Assembly (NCBI GenBank): GCA_964016885.1
Contig: OZ024740.1
Coordinates: 281,232,001 to 281,296,000 of the forward strand
Reading direction: 5' to 3'
Source of the DNA: Eledone cirrhosa
Lineage: Eukaryota
DNA length: 64,000 nucleotides
The notes below the pieces were generated by a model. The model was not told where the DNA came from. It worked only from the letters and a program-made list of their open reading frames with translations, and did no database searches. Shown here piece after piece: positions 41,264-53,682 of the stretch. Position numbers and translations under genes: made by a program. How positions within the stretch are numbered: position 1 is the stretch's first letter; each line of letters starts with the position of its first letter.

Positions 41264-41841
41264 AAATATATGATAAACACGAAGTGTGTTTATATTGCAA
41301 CAGACAAAGTTAGCTATTAATGAAATAAACTAATTAAAGTAAATACAATTTGTCTGTCTCGATATAAGTCAATAAAGACAAGCTTATATTGGCAACGGCC
41401 ATGATTCCTGGACATATTTAAATTTCAAAATTCAAACCTGTTCTGTAGACGAATTTGAACCTCGAAACCCAAATAAGTTTCGTAACGGTGGAATGTGAAT
41501 TGAAAAATAAAGAGAATCGAAATGGAGTAGAAATAAAAGAGTGAAATATCCAAATCTTCTGTGCTTATCGACAGGAATCCAGTAAAATTAGTCTATCTCA
41601 CATCAAAAATACTTTAATTTAATTTAACTTTACTTTAATTAGTTTATTTCATTAATAGCTAACTTTGTCTGTTGCAATATAAACACACTTCGTGTTTATC
41701 ATATATTTTAAATGTAACTGCTCGGAAGAGCCCCTTCCTGGAGCTTAATTATTGTAAACGACTGAGAGTTTATTCTCAAAATATAATATAATATATATAT
41801 ATATATATAGGAAAAAGTTTAACCCCGACGGCTATTTCTGG

Positions 41842-41900
<59 letters not shown>

Positions 41901-42604
41901 GATAACAAAGTATTGTTATAGGTAATCCAGTTAGAGGTTGTGAATACTTCTTATTATGGATAGTTTTAGCGTACGACCATTGTTTGACTCAACAAGTGGC
42001 GAATTTCACTTGTATTCCTATGTAGGTTTATCTTGGAGTAATAAAATTGAAAAAGTGAAGAATAACATGGTCAACAGTACAAAAAAGGGATTTATTGACA
42101 GTCTGACAATTGTTTCACTGATTAAGTTGTCTAAAAATTGCTAAACACTTGAAGCAGAGCCACTCAATTTCAAATACGATGTTAGCTTAACCAGATCATC
42201 GGAGATAACTGCTATATGTACGGTAATTTTACAAATTCAAATTACGGCATCATTAATAATATTAATAATAAACATAGAGAGAGAAAAAAGAAAGAGAGTT
42301 TTGGAAAAGAAAGCAAGAAAAAAGAAAAAGAAGAAAGGAAAACAGAAAGATATAGAGCGTTAAAAAGACAGAGAGAAAGGAGGAGAGAAGAGGAGAGAAA
42401 AGGATAAAGGAGAAATAAAGGTAGAGAAAAATAAAAATAAAGGGAAAATAATGATATCAACAATAAATGAATAAATGCTAATACATGAATAAATGCAAAT
42501 AAATAAATTATAAACTTTTTCCCGCTGGACCAAATTTCTAGATTTTTAAGCCAAAAGATGCGTAATGATCTACTGTTCATGCTCATATAAGTTTTATCTC
42601 AGTT

Positions 42605-43690
42605 AAATAAAGTAGAGCCGAGCTGTACTGTCGTAAACAGACGATTGCCAACGAAAACACGACCACAACAATATTACCAAACGGACTACCGTCCGTTTAG
42701 GATAAGTGTTAATAAAGAAGTTACATCGAGAATGATATAAGACAATACAAAATATGAAAATAAATAAATAAAAAATGTGCGAAGAAGAGTAAACTTAGTA
42801 AAATTATTGATTACTCATCTATGGCCACACACAGGCCATGCGGGGGAGGGTGGTGATGACCTCTATCACTGAGAAACGCGGGTGATTGACGAAGGGGCAT
42901 GCTGGGGGAGGGAGGTAATGACCTTTAGCACTAAGCCAAATTTCCTCACGCTACTTGATTGGAAACCGATGAATTCTCAAATACACAACTAAAAGCTCCG
43001 TCGACGTCAGTGGCCATCGTTTTGCCTTTGACCTTCAACTGGATAATTGGATGGAATTGTTTCGAATATGAACGAAATCGGTTGAAAAATGTGGGAGCTA
43101 GAGCCGAAAAGGCGGAAATTTGAGCGAAAAGGTGGTATTTTCGAATATTTCAGCGGCTGCCACGCCGTTGCTGAACAAAACAATCCAAGATGTAAAGCCA
43201 CTTTAAGACGTAAAATCATCAGATGTAGCGTAGTGTAAAATTTGAATAGAGTAGCTTGATTAATGTGGGAGCTAGAGCCGAAAACGTGGAAAATTGAGTC
43301 TAAATGTGGTATTTTTTAATATTTAAGCGAGTGCCACGCCGTCCCTGAACAACAAATGCAAAATATAAAGCCATTAGAGGATGTGCAATGATAAATTCTA
43401 TTTTGCTGTAAAGTTTGAATGAAATCGGTGGCAAAATGTGGGAGCTAAAGCCAAATATTTTATTTTTCGATACCTAAAAAAAGGTGACCCCCTATCGATT
43501 TTTATCTGCAGAATGACCCTGGAATATAAAAACTATACGCCGATATATAGAAAACACTCCCCGATGATTAATCTATGAGCCTGTAAAGTTTCATGAAAAT
43601 CAGTCGTAAGATGTAGGCCCCTATAGGTAATACACAGACACACAGACACACACACACATACTTAATTTTATATATATATACAGATATCTA
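42605..43690 (+). mobile_element. Helentron-associated/DINE-1-like repeat with about 174-bp subrepeats
   Basis: aatgtgggagctagagccg-type motif at about 43088, 43262 and 43435; end aagtttcatgaaaatc...(acag/ac)n...ttttatatatata. Confidence 0.6.
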
Positions 43691-44748
43691 AATACAGAAA
43701 GGAATGCTCTTCCACATACCCTCTCCTCTTTGGAATAGTGAATTTGGAAATTGGAGAACACTTAATTAATTACGTTTACAATGCTTTCCACAACAGTACA
43801 AAATGATGAAGGATCAAAACATGCCTCGGTATCAAGGGATTTTTTTTCTATAAATTGAAACGTCTGAGAGGTGCTTATCCCTAACTCTGTGTGTGTCCCT
43901 TCCTTCTCAGCATTGAATAAATCTCCGAGGCTGGGACAATTCGAGGGTTTCTCCCTCTTGCCCCCTCCCTCAATTCTGTTTTTGGAAAAGAACGCGATTG
44001 CAAGCATGTCGGAGGTCGGATTAGTTGATAACAAATATTTCTTCATGAACCCCAGCGGATGCTTTTTTTTATAAATGTAAACGGCTGAGAAGTGCTCATC
44101 TGTAACTCTAAGGGTCCTCCTCACTCCATGCTTCCGTTTTCGGGAAAAAGAAGGATCGTTGGCGAGTGAATCAGATGTCAGATCGTTCGAAAACAAAGGA
44201 AAAAACCTAGAAAAAGAAAAATCTCCCACAGAAGAAATCCCTGAGGCCGAGTAAATCCAAAGGTTACCTCATTCCGTTTTCAGAGGAAAATCAATTGAGA
44301 GCATGCCGGAGGCAATATCAGCTGAAAACACAAGAAAAACCTTAATTATTACCAATGTTATTTAGTGTAATTAGTGGCCAACGTACAAACTTCCTTTTAA
44401 TACATATATAGATAGATGACGGACAAACAGACAGTATATTCTCCCGCAACTCGTTCGCCCTATACCGTTTACAGAAAATAAGTCGACAGCAATCGATGAA
44501 AACACAGGAAAAATCTTAATTATTATCAAACTTCCATTTTATAAGGATATATTTATATATATATATTGTTTTTGGTATTGTATGGTTGGGTTTTGCTTAC
44601 CGCAATTCTAAATTTGCCAAGCTTTTAAACGTAGTGTTATTACTCAAAGGACCTACCCTTATTGAGTGCTTTGCTACTCATTCCTTATTGTAGGTCGGCT
44701 TTGCTTGGCCACAGCCAAAGCTTCGATTTTACTGAGCTTCCACTTATA

Positions 44749-44847
<99 letters not shown>

Positions 44848-45179
44848 TAAAAGATAACCTGATTATCAATATATTAGTTAGAAATATACCTCTTTATTTT
44901 ACCCAAAGATTACTTATAATTGTTAACGGGGTCAAAAAAAGAAAACAAATGCACGTACATATCTTTAAATAACGTTCTCTCCAGCAGACTCTCTTTCTAT
45001 ATATATATATATGTATGTGTATATGTGTGTAAACGAAAATTTGTTGAAAGAGTAAAAACTAATATAAATGTATATGTATGATTATATTTTTTTCCTAAGT
45101 TAATCAAAATAAAATAGATATATATATAATACTATCAAGGTTTGCAAAAAGATGTTCAAAAACCTAGCTTCAGGCTAAA

Positions 45180-45360
45180 TAACTGTTTCTACTTTAGGCA
45201 CAAGGCCAGCAAATACCCAGTGCATTACTGGTACTTTATTTTATCGACCCCGTAAGGATGAAAGGCAAAGTCAACCTCGGCGGGATTTGAACTCAGACCG
45301 TAAAGGGACGTAACTATGCGGGAGAGCAGGGCGTCCGACCCTCTACCGATGCTGCCAATA
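45180..45360 (-). mobile_element. tRNA-derived SINE
   Basis: Consensus match. Confidence 0.9.
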
Positions 45361-45899
45361 ACGATAAACATAAATCAATCAAATTAAATGAGTGTGTAAA
45401 AGTGAATAAATTGGAATATGATTTATAGTAGAAAGCAACATTATAAGGCGACATTATTGCCGTTTAAAATTAAGTAGAGCCTTTTTTCCATTAACAAACG
45501 ACGCTTATAGAATTAATTTTCTCGTTTTATTAGGGAGATATACAAACATATATAGTCTGTAATAAATATTGTGTGTCTAAATACATAATCAGTTGAATTG
45601 GGTATTTTTGGAATACAAGTTGTGATAAAACTATCTTCACTAACAGAAACTGAATGAATTTTAAACTGCTTTTAATAGCTATTTGTGAGATACTAATTTG
45701 ATAATTTAATGAATGTATAACTGAATATACAAATTTTGAGTCATGATTTTAATAATTAGACGATTGTAAAGTCGGAAACCTGTATTGATTAAGGATACAA
45801 TGTCTGTTTGTAGAAATTGTTAATAGTGGTGACAATGGGTTTTATTTTTATTATTTTTTTTTTCTATCCTGGCGTAAATAAGCATATCGTAAAATGCAA

Positions 45900-46092
45900 T
45901 ATAAATGTTTCTACTTTGGCACAAGGCCAGCAATTCCCCCAGTCTATTACTGGTGTTTTCATTTTATCGACCCTGTCAGGATGAGAGGCAAAGTTAACCT
46001 CGGTGGGATTTGAACTCAGAACGCAAAGGGCCATAACTCTATGCTGTAAAGCATGGTGTCTGACGCTCTACCAATACTGCCAATCCACCACG
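45900..46092 (-). mobile_element. tRNA-derived SINE
   Basis: Consensus match. Confidence 0.88.
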
Positions 46093-48065
46093 AATATAAT
46101 TATTGTAAATTCAAAGAACTCGTAAGGATGTCCTGCAGCATGAAACTAATTGGCTTACAATATTTCGATTGATTCAGAAGTGGAAACCTGACAATTTTTA
46201 TTGTTAGCGCAAGATTTTGCTATATTGAAGCTATGGAGTTAAATTGAAAATATTAAATATAGATTGATAAGGAGGTAACAATGTTCTCTTCTGGTTTCAA
46301 AAAGTATTTATATGTTGACAAACTCTACTTTGAACAGCTTAATGGATTAACGTATATATGACATTTAGTTGAGTCAGTGTTGACCGTGATGCCATAAATA
46401 ATGATCCACTTAAATTTTCTTTACGTGTATCATTGTGGATATTGATACAATTGCTATTAAATGTATTTTGGGTGAGAAACTGTGTTCTTAATTTGAATAT
46501 ATTTTTGTTCCCTACACTTAAACGACATTAAAATTGTATTCCAATTATATTTTGTTTTCAGTGTATACCCTAGTTTTAATAAGTGGATATTTTGTTAGAA
46601 TCTGTTCATTTGAAGAAAATTAGCTTTTCTTAAGGATACATTATAAGACAAAATCACAAAAGCTGACGATTTTTAATGAGTTTCAAATGTAATAACATTA
46701 GCAACTTGAATGTAATAAAGTTAAAATGAATTATAAGAACTTCAAATATATTAACAAAAACTTAACAATTACAAGGTTTCTTGTGGAATTTGCCATTGTT
46801 TGGAAGATTAAAGTTACATCAAAATAACAAGCGGCCATCTCTAGAACTTTTAAGTCAGTCGTGAGATTTAGAAATATAATAATGTATCATATGATGTCAA
46901 TATGAATCCAAAAGACTGCGCTGTAGTCATCGTTGTTATCTGATTCTATTTTTCAAATGCATTACATGAAACATTCTTATCATTCTTTAGAGGCATATAC
47001 AGAGAAAACGGTTTATTATTACGTACTCTTAACTCACAACATATTAACAGGTTCTGTAAAAACCTGTATAATTATTTAATGAATTTAAGTTTCTCTTATA
47101 TTCTGAGCTCATCTAAGTGTCGTTAACTTTTATGGTGTTATACTTAATGTATTCAATAAAAAAGCTACACAAGAAAAGGTTCAGTATATAATCACAAATT
47201 ACTTAGTCACCTCATCTAAGAATTTATTTTAAATGTCTCCTTAAGACTATCTACGTTGCTTGAATACAAGAGGTGTTTAACAAGTCATCCAACTATTAAA
47301 ATGAAACACTTAGCTGAATACTTTAAAACTTACTAAATACGTACAATTGGTATAATCCAACGGTCATTTTACAATTACCTAAACATTTTTCCTATATCCC
47401 CTGGAAACATTTCCCTCCAAACCACAATTATTTTAAGCTCTTCTATAAACAATTACCACATACTTTAAAACAAAAAACATCTAATTTAACTATAACAAAA
47501 CTAGCAATTGTGCACTTCAAATAATATGTAATGCCAAAATAATGATTTATTGCACTTGATTAACTTCATCTCGAGCTCAATTTCATATATTTCATTCAAA
47601 ACTAATTTACCACTTTTAACCTTCAGATCAGAATGGTTGATATCTCTATATCCAATCATATTTTAGATTTAAAGTCAACTAATACAATTCAAAAATAATG
47701 GATAATTCCATCTTTCACAAACATCACACTGACGATAAAAAGATTTGTCAGTTTTCCACCTATGAATTGTATGAAATGTTATTGTTCATCCGCCATTACT
47801 TAACGATACACAGATTTATAGTTATAGAGGTATTTATTTACGCTTTCATTTATATTTTTAATTATCGTGTCTATAGTCTGCCTTTCATAGGTTATAGATT
47901 CCATACACTGGTGGTTTTTTCCCTGTATTATTGATAACGCACTATATATCTCTCTCTGGTGTGTTACCTTCTCAACATATTATATTCTAAAGGGCTCAGG
48001 ATCTCTTCCCCTTTGAGCACATTATTTACAGGGAATAACGACGGCCTATGCCTCCGTTAATTTAT

Positions 48066-48149
<84 letters not shown>

Positions 48150-48261
48150 ATATTAGGTTATGCAAGAAATACTTAGGATTATCCTCAATGCAGTAATGGT
48201 TAATTACTATGGTATATATAATATATGTATATATATATCTGTATGTATATGTATATGTATA

Positions 48262-48311
<50 letters not shown>

Positions 48312-48742
48312 AAGGTAGGTCCATGGAATCATTTGATAAAATATATACACCATTTCCTCTCCCAATCACCATAATCAACCACACAAAAGACAATTAAACC
48401 AGGCTATAAGATTAAAAGGCACCTATGAAGAAATAATAGATAAATAAACGACAGCTATCTATTCGCGATCAACAACTATAGAATATTTATCCACTATTTC
48501 TAATAGCACGTGGAAATTAATTAAATATATCGTCAACCATACACAATTAGGTATAAAATCAAAGTTAGAAGAAAAATATATATATATATATTAATTAATA
48601 AAAACAATGAAATAAAAACAAAGAACAAGTTCCTTATATTAAAAAATTCATCATTTTACGATCGTTTCTGGGATGTATATGCTATGTATATCATATAGAT
48701 CTATGTAAAAATATTACAAATTATTTGGTAGATTTATCTACA

Positions 48743-48818
<76 letters not shown>

Positions 48819-48962
48819 GAAGACGATCGACTTTCGTCAAATCGGACCGAGGGAACAATGTTTCCGTTGGTCTTTCCAATTGCTAATACTATCTATCGGT
48901 CGCAACTCCAGGTAGAAGGAGCAACGTGAAATAAAGTGTCTTGCTCAAGGACATAACGCATC

Positions 48963-49140
48963 AAGTTCATAGGTTAATTTGAAAGAGTGTTGCTAGAACT
49001 GTGAAATCTTGTATGCGTTAATTTCAACTCTTCTTATTAATAAATACATTGTTTCTTCCCAGGTACTATGGTGAAAAATAAATCTCACTTGGTTCTTCCA
49101 TGGGAGTATCGTGGTCAGCCTATATACTTTTCATCCGACC

Positions 49141-49186
<46 letters not shown>

Positions 49187-49363
49187 GTCGGATGAAAAGT
49201 ATATAGGCTGACCACGATACTCCCATGGAAGAACCAAGTGAGATTTATTTTTCACCATAGTACCTGGGAAGAAACAATGTATTTATTAATAAGAAGAGTT
49301 GAAATTAACGCATACAAGATTTCACAGTTCTAGCAACACTCTTTCAAATTAACCTATGAACTT
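48963..49363. repeat. Almost perfect palindrome, about 180-bp arms, (TA)n centre
   Basis: Arms differ only by one C/G indel next to the centre as far as I can read. Confidence 0.95.
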
Positions 49364-49380
49364 TTCAACCGACCATCGTA
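49181..49380. mobile_element. Mariner-type MITE (about 200 bp)
   Basis: Imperfect TIRs agggtcggatgaaaagtatatagg / cctatgaacttttcaaccgaccatcg, TA on both sides. Confidence 0.75.
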
Positions 49381-49416
49381 TATATATGTCTGTACATGCG
49401 TGTCTGTGTGTGTGTG

Positions 49417-49542
<126 letters not shown>

Positions 49543-49694
49543 TTATATGTGTTTGTGTCAGTGTATCTGTGCAATTTTTAATTTGTTTTTCTGGAAACTA
49601 TAAATTCCTTGGATAGAAAATGAGCCGATTAACGATCACCGATTAATCATCCGCCGATTATCTATTATGTAATTATGTAATGTGATATCAAAAT

Positions 49695-49752
49695 GGGTAC
49701 CAGTAATGCACTGGGTAATTGCTGGCCTTGTGCCTAAAGTAGAAACAATTAT
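49695..49752 (+). mobile_element. SINE 3' fragment
   Basis: gtaccagtaatgcactgggtaattgctggccttgtgcctaaagtagaaacaattatt. Confidence 0.85.
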
Positions 49753-50489
49753 TAATTGTAGGTAATATATTATGATATTTCATAATTAATAACAACTATG
49801 GAGAGCACATAATGACAACATCATGCGGGTTTTACCGTATGATATAACATACATAAGCCTTCAGGGAATGGTATTTGCTCTGAAAGTGGAGAAATTTTGA
49901 TATTTTATAATTTGATACATTATAATTTACGGATTCTTAGAATTGATCGTTAAAATTTTGTTTTTAATTGGGTAAATTAAGAAAACAGAATTACTTTAAA
50001 TACCTTTAAATCAGAATCAGAATTAGAACAATTTTTTTAAATTAATTTTTAAAAGATAAATTAAACACATATCCTCTCTGGGGAGTACGAAGGTCTCTCT
50101 TCTACTTTCACACATTTAACCAACATGGAGTTACAACCCCTGGACAGACTCAAGTAATTTCCTACTGTGTAGATCTGTATATTCGAGTACTAGGAGAAGA
50201 GTTATATTACATTACTGCGCTTAAAGTGTATCCTATGACATAAAATGGGATTTTTGTATTTATACCTGTTGAATCCAATGTGTTTTTCAACTATCTGTCA
50301 ATTATGTTTTTCTTACTCCAAAACAATAATAGCTATTATGAAAACCAATTAATCTGCAAGGAAGCCGATAGTGATTAACTGCCGATAACTCGGTGCAATC
50401 ATACAGTACTTGCACACGCACACACACACACACACACACTCACACACACACTAACACGCCCACACGCCTACCCACACACTCAAACTGAC

Positions 50490-51320
50490 ATATATGTATG
50501 TATATTCTGGTTTTATTTTTTTTCATAAATGTTTATCAGTAGAGAGAAAGAGAGAGAGAGGGTTAGTTTCTAGCATAGAAACAAGATCATTTCATTGGAA
50601 TTTAGATGTCATCAACTATGTAAATAGGTATGTATGTCTGTGTGTGCAAGTATGTTTGTTACTGCACGTGTGGATCTATATGTTTTGAGTTATATGTGTA
50701 CATTGAGGCAGTTAGTAACTTATCCCTGATCAGCAATGACCACATATACAAAGAAATAGTCAGATTGTAGTAACCACTGATTCCCTACTAATTCAGCATA
50801 AAGGTTCTTTTCGGTAATATTTACTACTCTATTTTCCACTACTCTGTATCCTTCGTTTCTCTGTCTCATATCACTGTTTCGTCTGTTATGTTCGCATTTT
50901 ATTGGGGTTTTGATTGGAACATTCCATGAGTTCTCTTTCATATTATGTATGTATATGTCACCCACATGACTGTAACTTTATATATGTTTATTCTCATGGT
51001 TTGGATTGTATAATATTTTGACCACTACTTCATGCCTAATTGGTAGATAGGAGCGGGATTACATCATTGGACAGTTGCTTATGATGTGGATGACATCTAC
51101 GATGTTTATCCCGCAGAATCTGCATCTGTTGTCCCATCTAGGTGTTTAACCCACAGCACTATCTCATTTGTGCTGTGCATTAGGTTTTTTATTGTTATTT
51201 CCTGTTCTTGAATTACAAAAGTATATCCTTCAAAATGAGAGCCCCTATACCAATTGTTGTTCGAAGATAGACTATTTATATTACTGTTACTAACAGAAAA
51301 ACAACCCTTCAGGTGGTTTT
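50490..51320 (-). pseudogene. Decayed 3' part of a second R4-like LINE family
   Basis: GSHFEGYTFVIQEQEIT, WNVPIKT, EHNRRN; 3' UTR similar to 53715-53900. Confidence 0.75.
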
Positions 51321-51974
51321 CTGATAGTATGTGTACTGTGCATATTAATATTATACGCAAATATATATGCATTTAGATATGACACGTTAAATAAAATCGT
51401 AATTGAGAATATGCACAGATGATTGAAGAGAGGCTGTGTTACACTCTCTTCTGCAACCAGCAAAGTAATCCATGATAAATAAGACGATATATATAAACTG
51501 CATTAGGAGAAAATTAGTGACGGAAATATAAACCTTATATAACGATGTAAATATATGAACGTTTATATAAGCCATGCAATAAGTGTTATAATATAACGGA
51601 TGCTAACCGGAAGTGTTGACATTTGAGCATTTTAAAGAAGGGAATCTTGAAATAAGCAATAAAATTATTTATATTTAATCAAGAGTTACGATTTTAGTAC
51701 ATAAATTATGTAATATTCATTCATTATTCATTCAAAGTAATCCAACTTATTTTACAGACGGCATAAAAAATATATATTCAGGAAGCAGTCCCCCACTCCT
51801 CCCTTTGTTATATTATGATTTTGAATCTCTTTGGCAACATGCTGTGCAATTTCCAAGAAGTACTTCTCAAAGAGCTCCTTCCCAATTTCCATCATGTTTT
51901 CTGCCTCATATAGACGAGTTCTATAGATGGGTTTCTACGCTTAGTCGTTCGTAAATGTTGCCGAAGGGATATGA

Positions 51975-52970
51975 TGCGGCACTCAAATGCTGTTTGGACT
52001 GATGTTACACCTCTGGCGACTTAATGTTTACATTTCAGGTAGAGGCGATATATATCAGAGTTGATGTGAACATTTCCAGCACCGGTTAGAATTTGTCGTT
52101 TTATAACATCAATGCTTCTGATCTCGTGTATGAAGGATTTTTCTGGTGCTTTCTTATCTCGATGTTTTCCTATCACAGTCTCAGCGGTATCACCATTGAT
52201 GCGATACGTTTTGGGTGTAATGCAGAGGCAATACTTCGCTCGAATCTCTTTCAACCACGCTGCATCTTGTTTGAACCCCTTTTCCTCACCCCAAATTTTT
52301 CTCCAGCAGGAATTTATGTGTTTCTGGGGCTGGCATGCAATGATATTTATTGATTTGCCCCTCATATCTTTATAGACTGACGGTTGGTTTCGGCTGAATC
52401 TTTTATTAATCCTTTTCCTTTCAGCCGTTTTTATATCGGAGTTTCTCGCTAACAGATCTCAGTTCTTGTTTGAGGGTGATCAACTTGTATTGAAAAGTTC
52501 TACTTGTTCTATCTCCAAACATCATTTCTGTTTTATTTTTCACTCTTTGTTGGTGAGGTTTTAGTCTTTTATTTTTGTTTACATGTGATACATTTTGGTA
52601 GGTTAGCGATCCTATTTCTATTTTTGAAATATGCGATGGCATTTTTTGTGTGGTGTTTTGTTTCTGTTAACATCTCTATTGTTACCAAAATAATGTTTCA
52701 CTGTTAAGAATACGGTATATATATAGAGAGAAATAAGTTATTTTGCAAAAATGTATGAGACATTTCGTAACTATTCACCTCCAATTTCGTCGATAGAACG
52801 TAGAATTTCATTATTTGGTTTCTCGATTAATATTGTCGTTTCGTTTCTATTTTTTGAGAGACTGTTTCATACACAAATTAATCTCTGTTTAGAACGTTTT
52901 GCTTAGTATATATTTTAACTGATTATACTCTTTACTTTCCAAGCTAACTGGAGACTTATTATGAATGTAA
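51975..52970 (-). pseudogene. Internally deleted relic of the second R4-like family
   Basis: N-terminal segment (WRKIWGEEKGFKQDAAWL) joined directly to GNVHINSDIYRLYL; homologous to 55000-55090 and 56100-56660. Confidence 0.75.
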
Positions 52971-53682
52971 TAATGGCTGTTTCAAGAGACTATTTGTGTA
53001 TTGCTGTTGTTTGTTGTTGGTGGTTGAACTGGCTTTAAAAAAAAATTATGACAAATGGTCTGTTGTGACACATGCTGATTGCATATCCGATTTAGAAGAC
53101 TGATTAGTTAGTGTTGTTATTTTAAGGGTTTCACACATTTATTATTTTTTTCCAATAGGTTATGTTTACGTTCGCCAAACGTTGCTTGTTGCCGTAATTG
53201 TTTGGTCGCGCAGTAATTTAGCTCTTGGTGAAGTTCATCCAAGTGTAGCTTCATTCTAGTCATATAGCCAACGGAGGGATCTTTTTGTCATTTTATAACA
53301 ATTACATAGATTGTTATTGAGTTCGGAGCTACAAGAAAAGAAAACGATTTATTGTTTCGGTTCATTTTGTAACTACAGCTAATAATATTCTGGTTACCTT
53401 TCTCATTATTTTTTCTTCAATTCAGGGTTGATGTCGTCGTATCCAGCTATGTTGTCTGTAACAAATCTTTATGAAGTGAATTAATATGTGAATTAATATT
53501 TAGACAGATATCTCTACGATTTCGAATAAACGGTATACAGAGTCAATATCATAAGAAGAGTATCCATTTGTTTAACAAGGCTGGTAACTGTGGCATTACA
53601 TTTGGAGATAATATTCATCTTAAATTTAATGAATAGTCCTTCCCACCATATGTATCACTGCTCACATCGAGTAGTATGCATG

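Noticed and set aside
43762-44229. 155-aa ORF as a host gene exon
   Set aside because: No recognisable domain or splice context; embedded in repeats.
48645-48715. Minus-strand GAAACGATCGTA hammerhead half-core
   Set aside because: No recognisable CTGANGA upstream.
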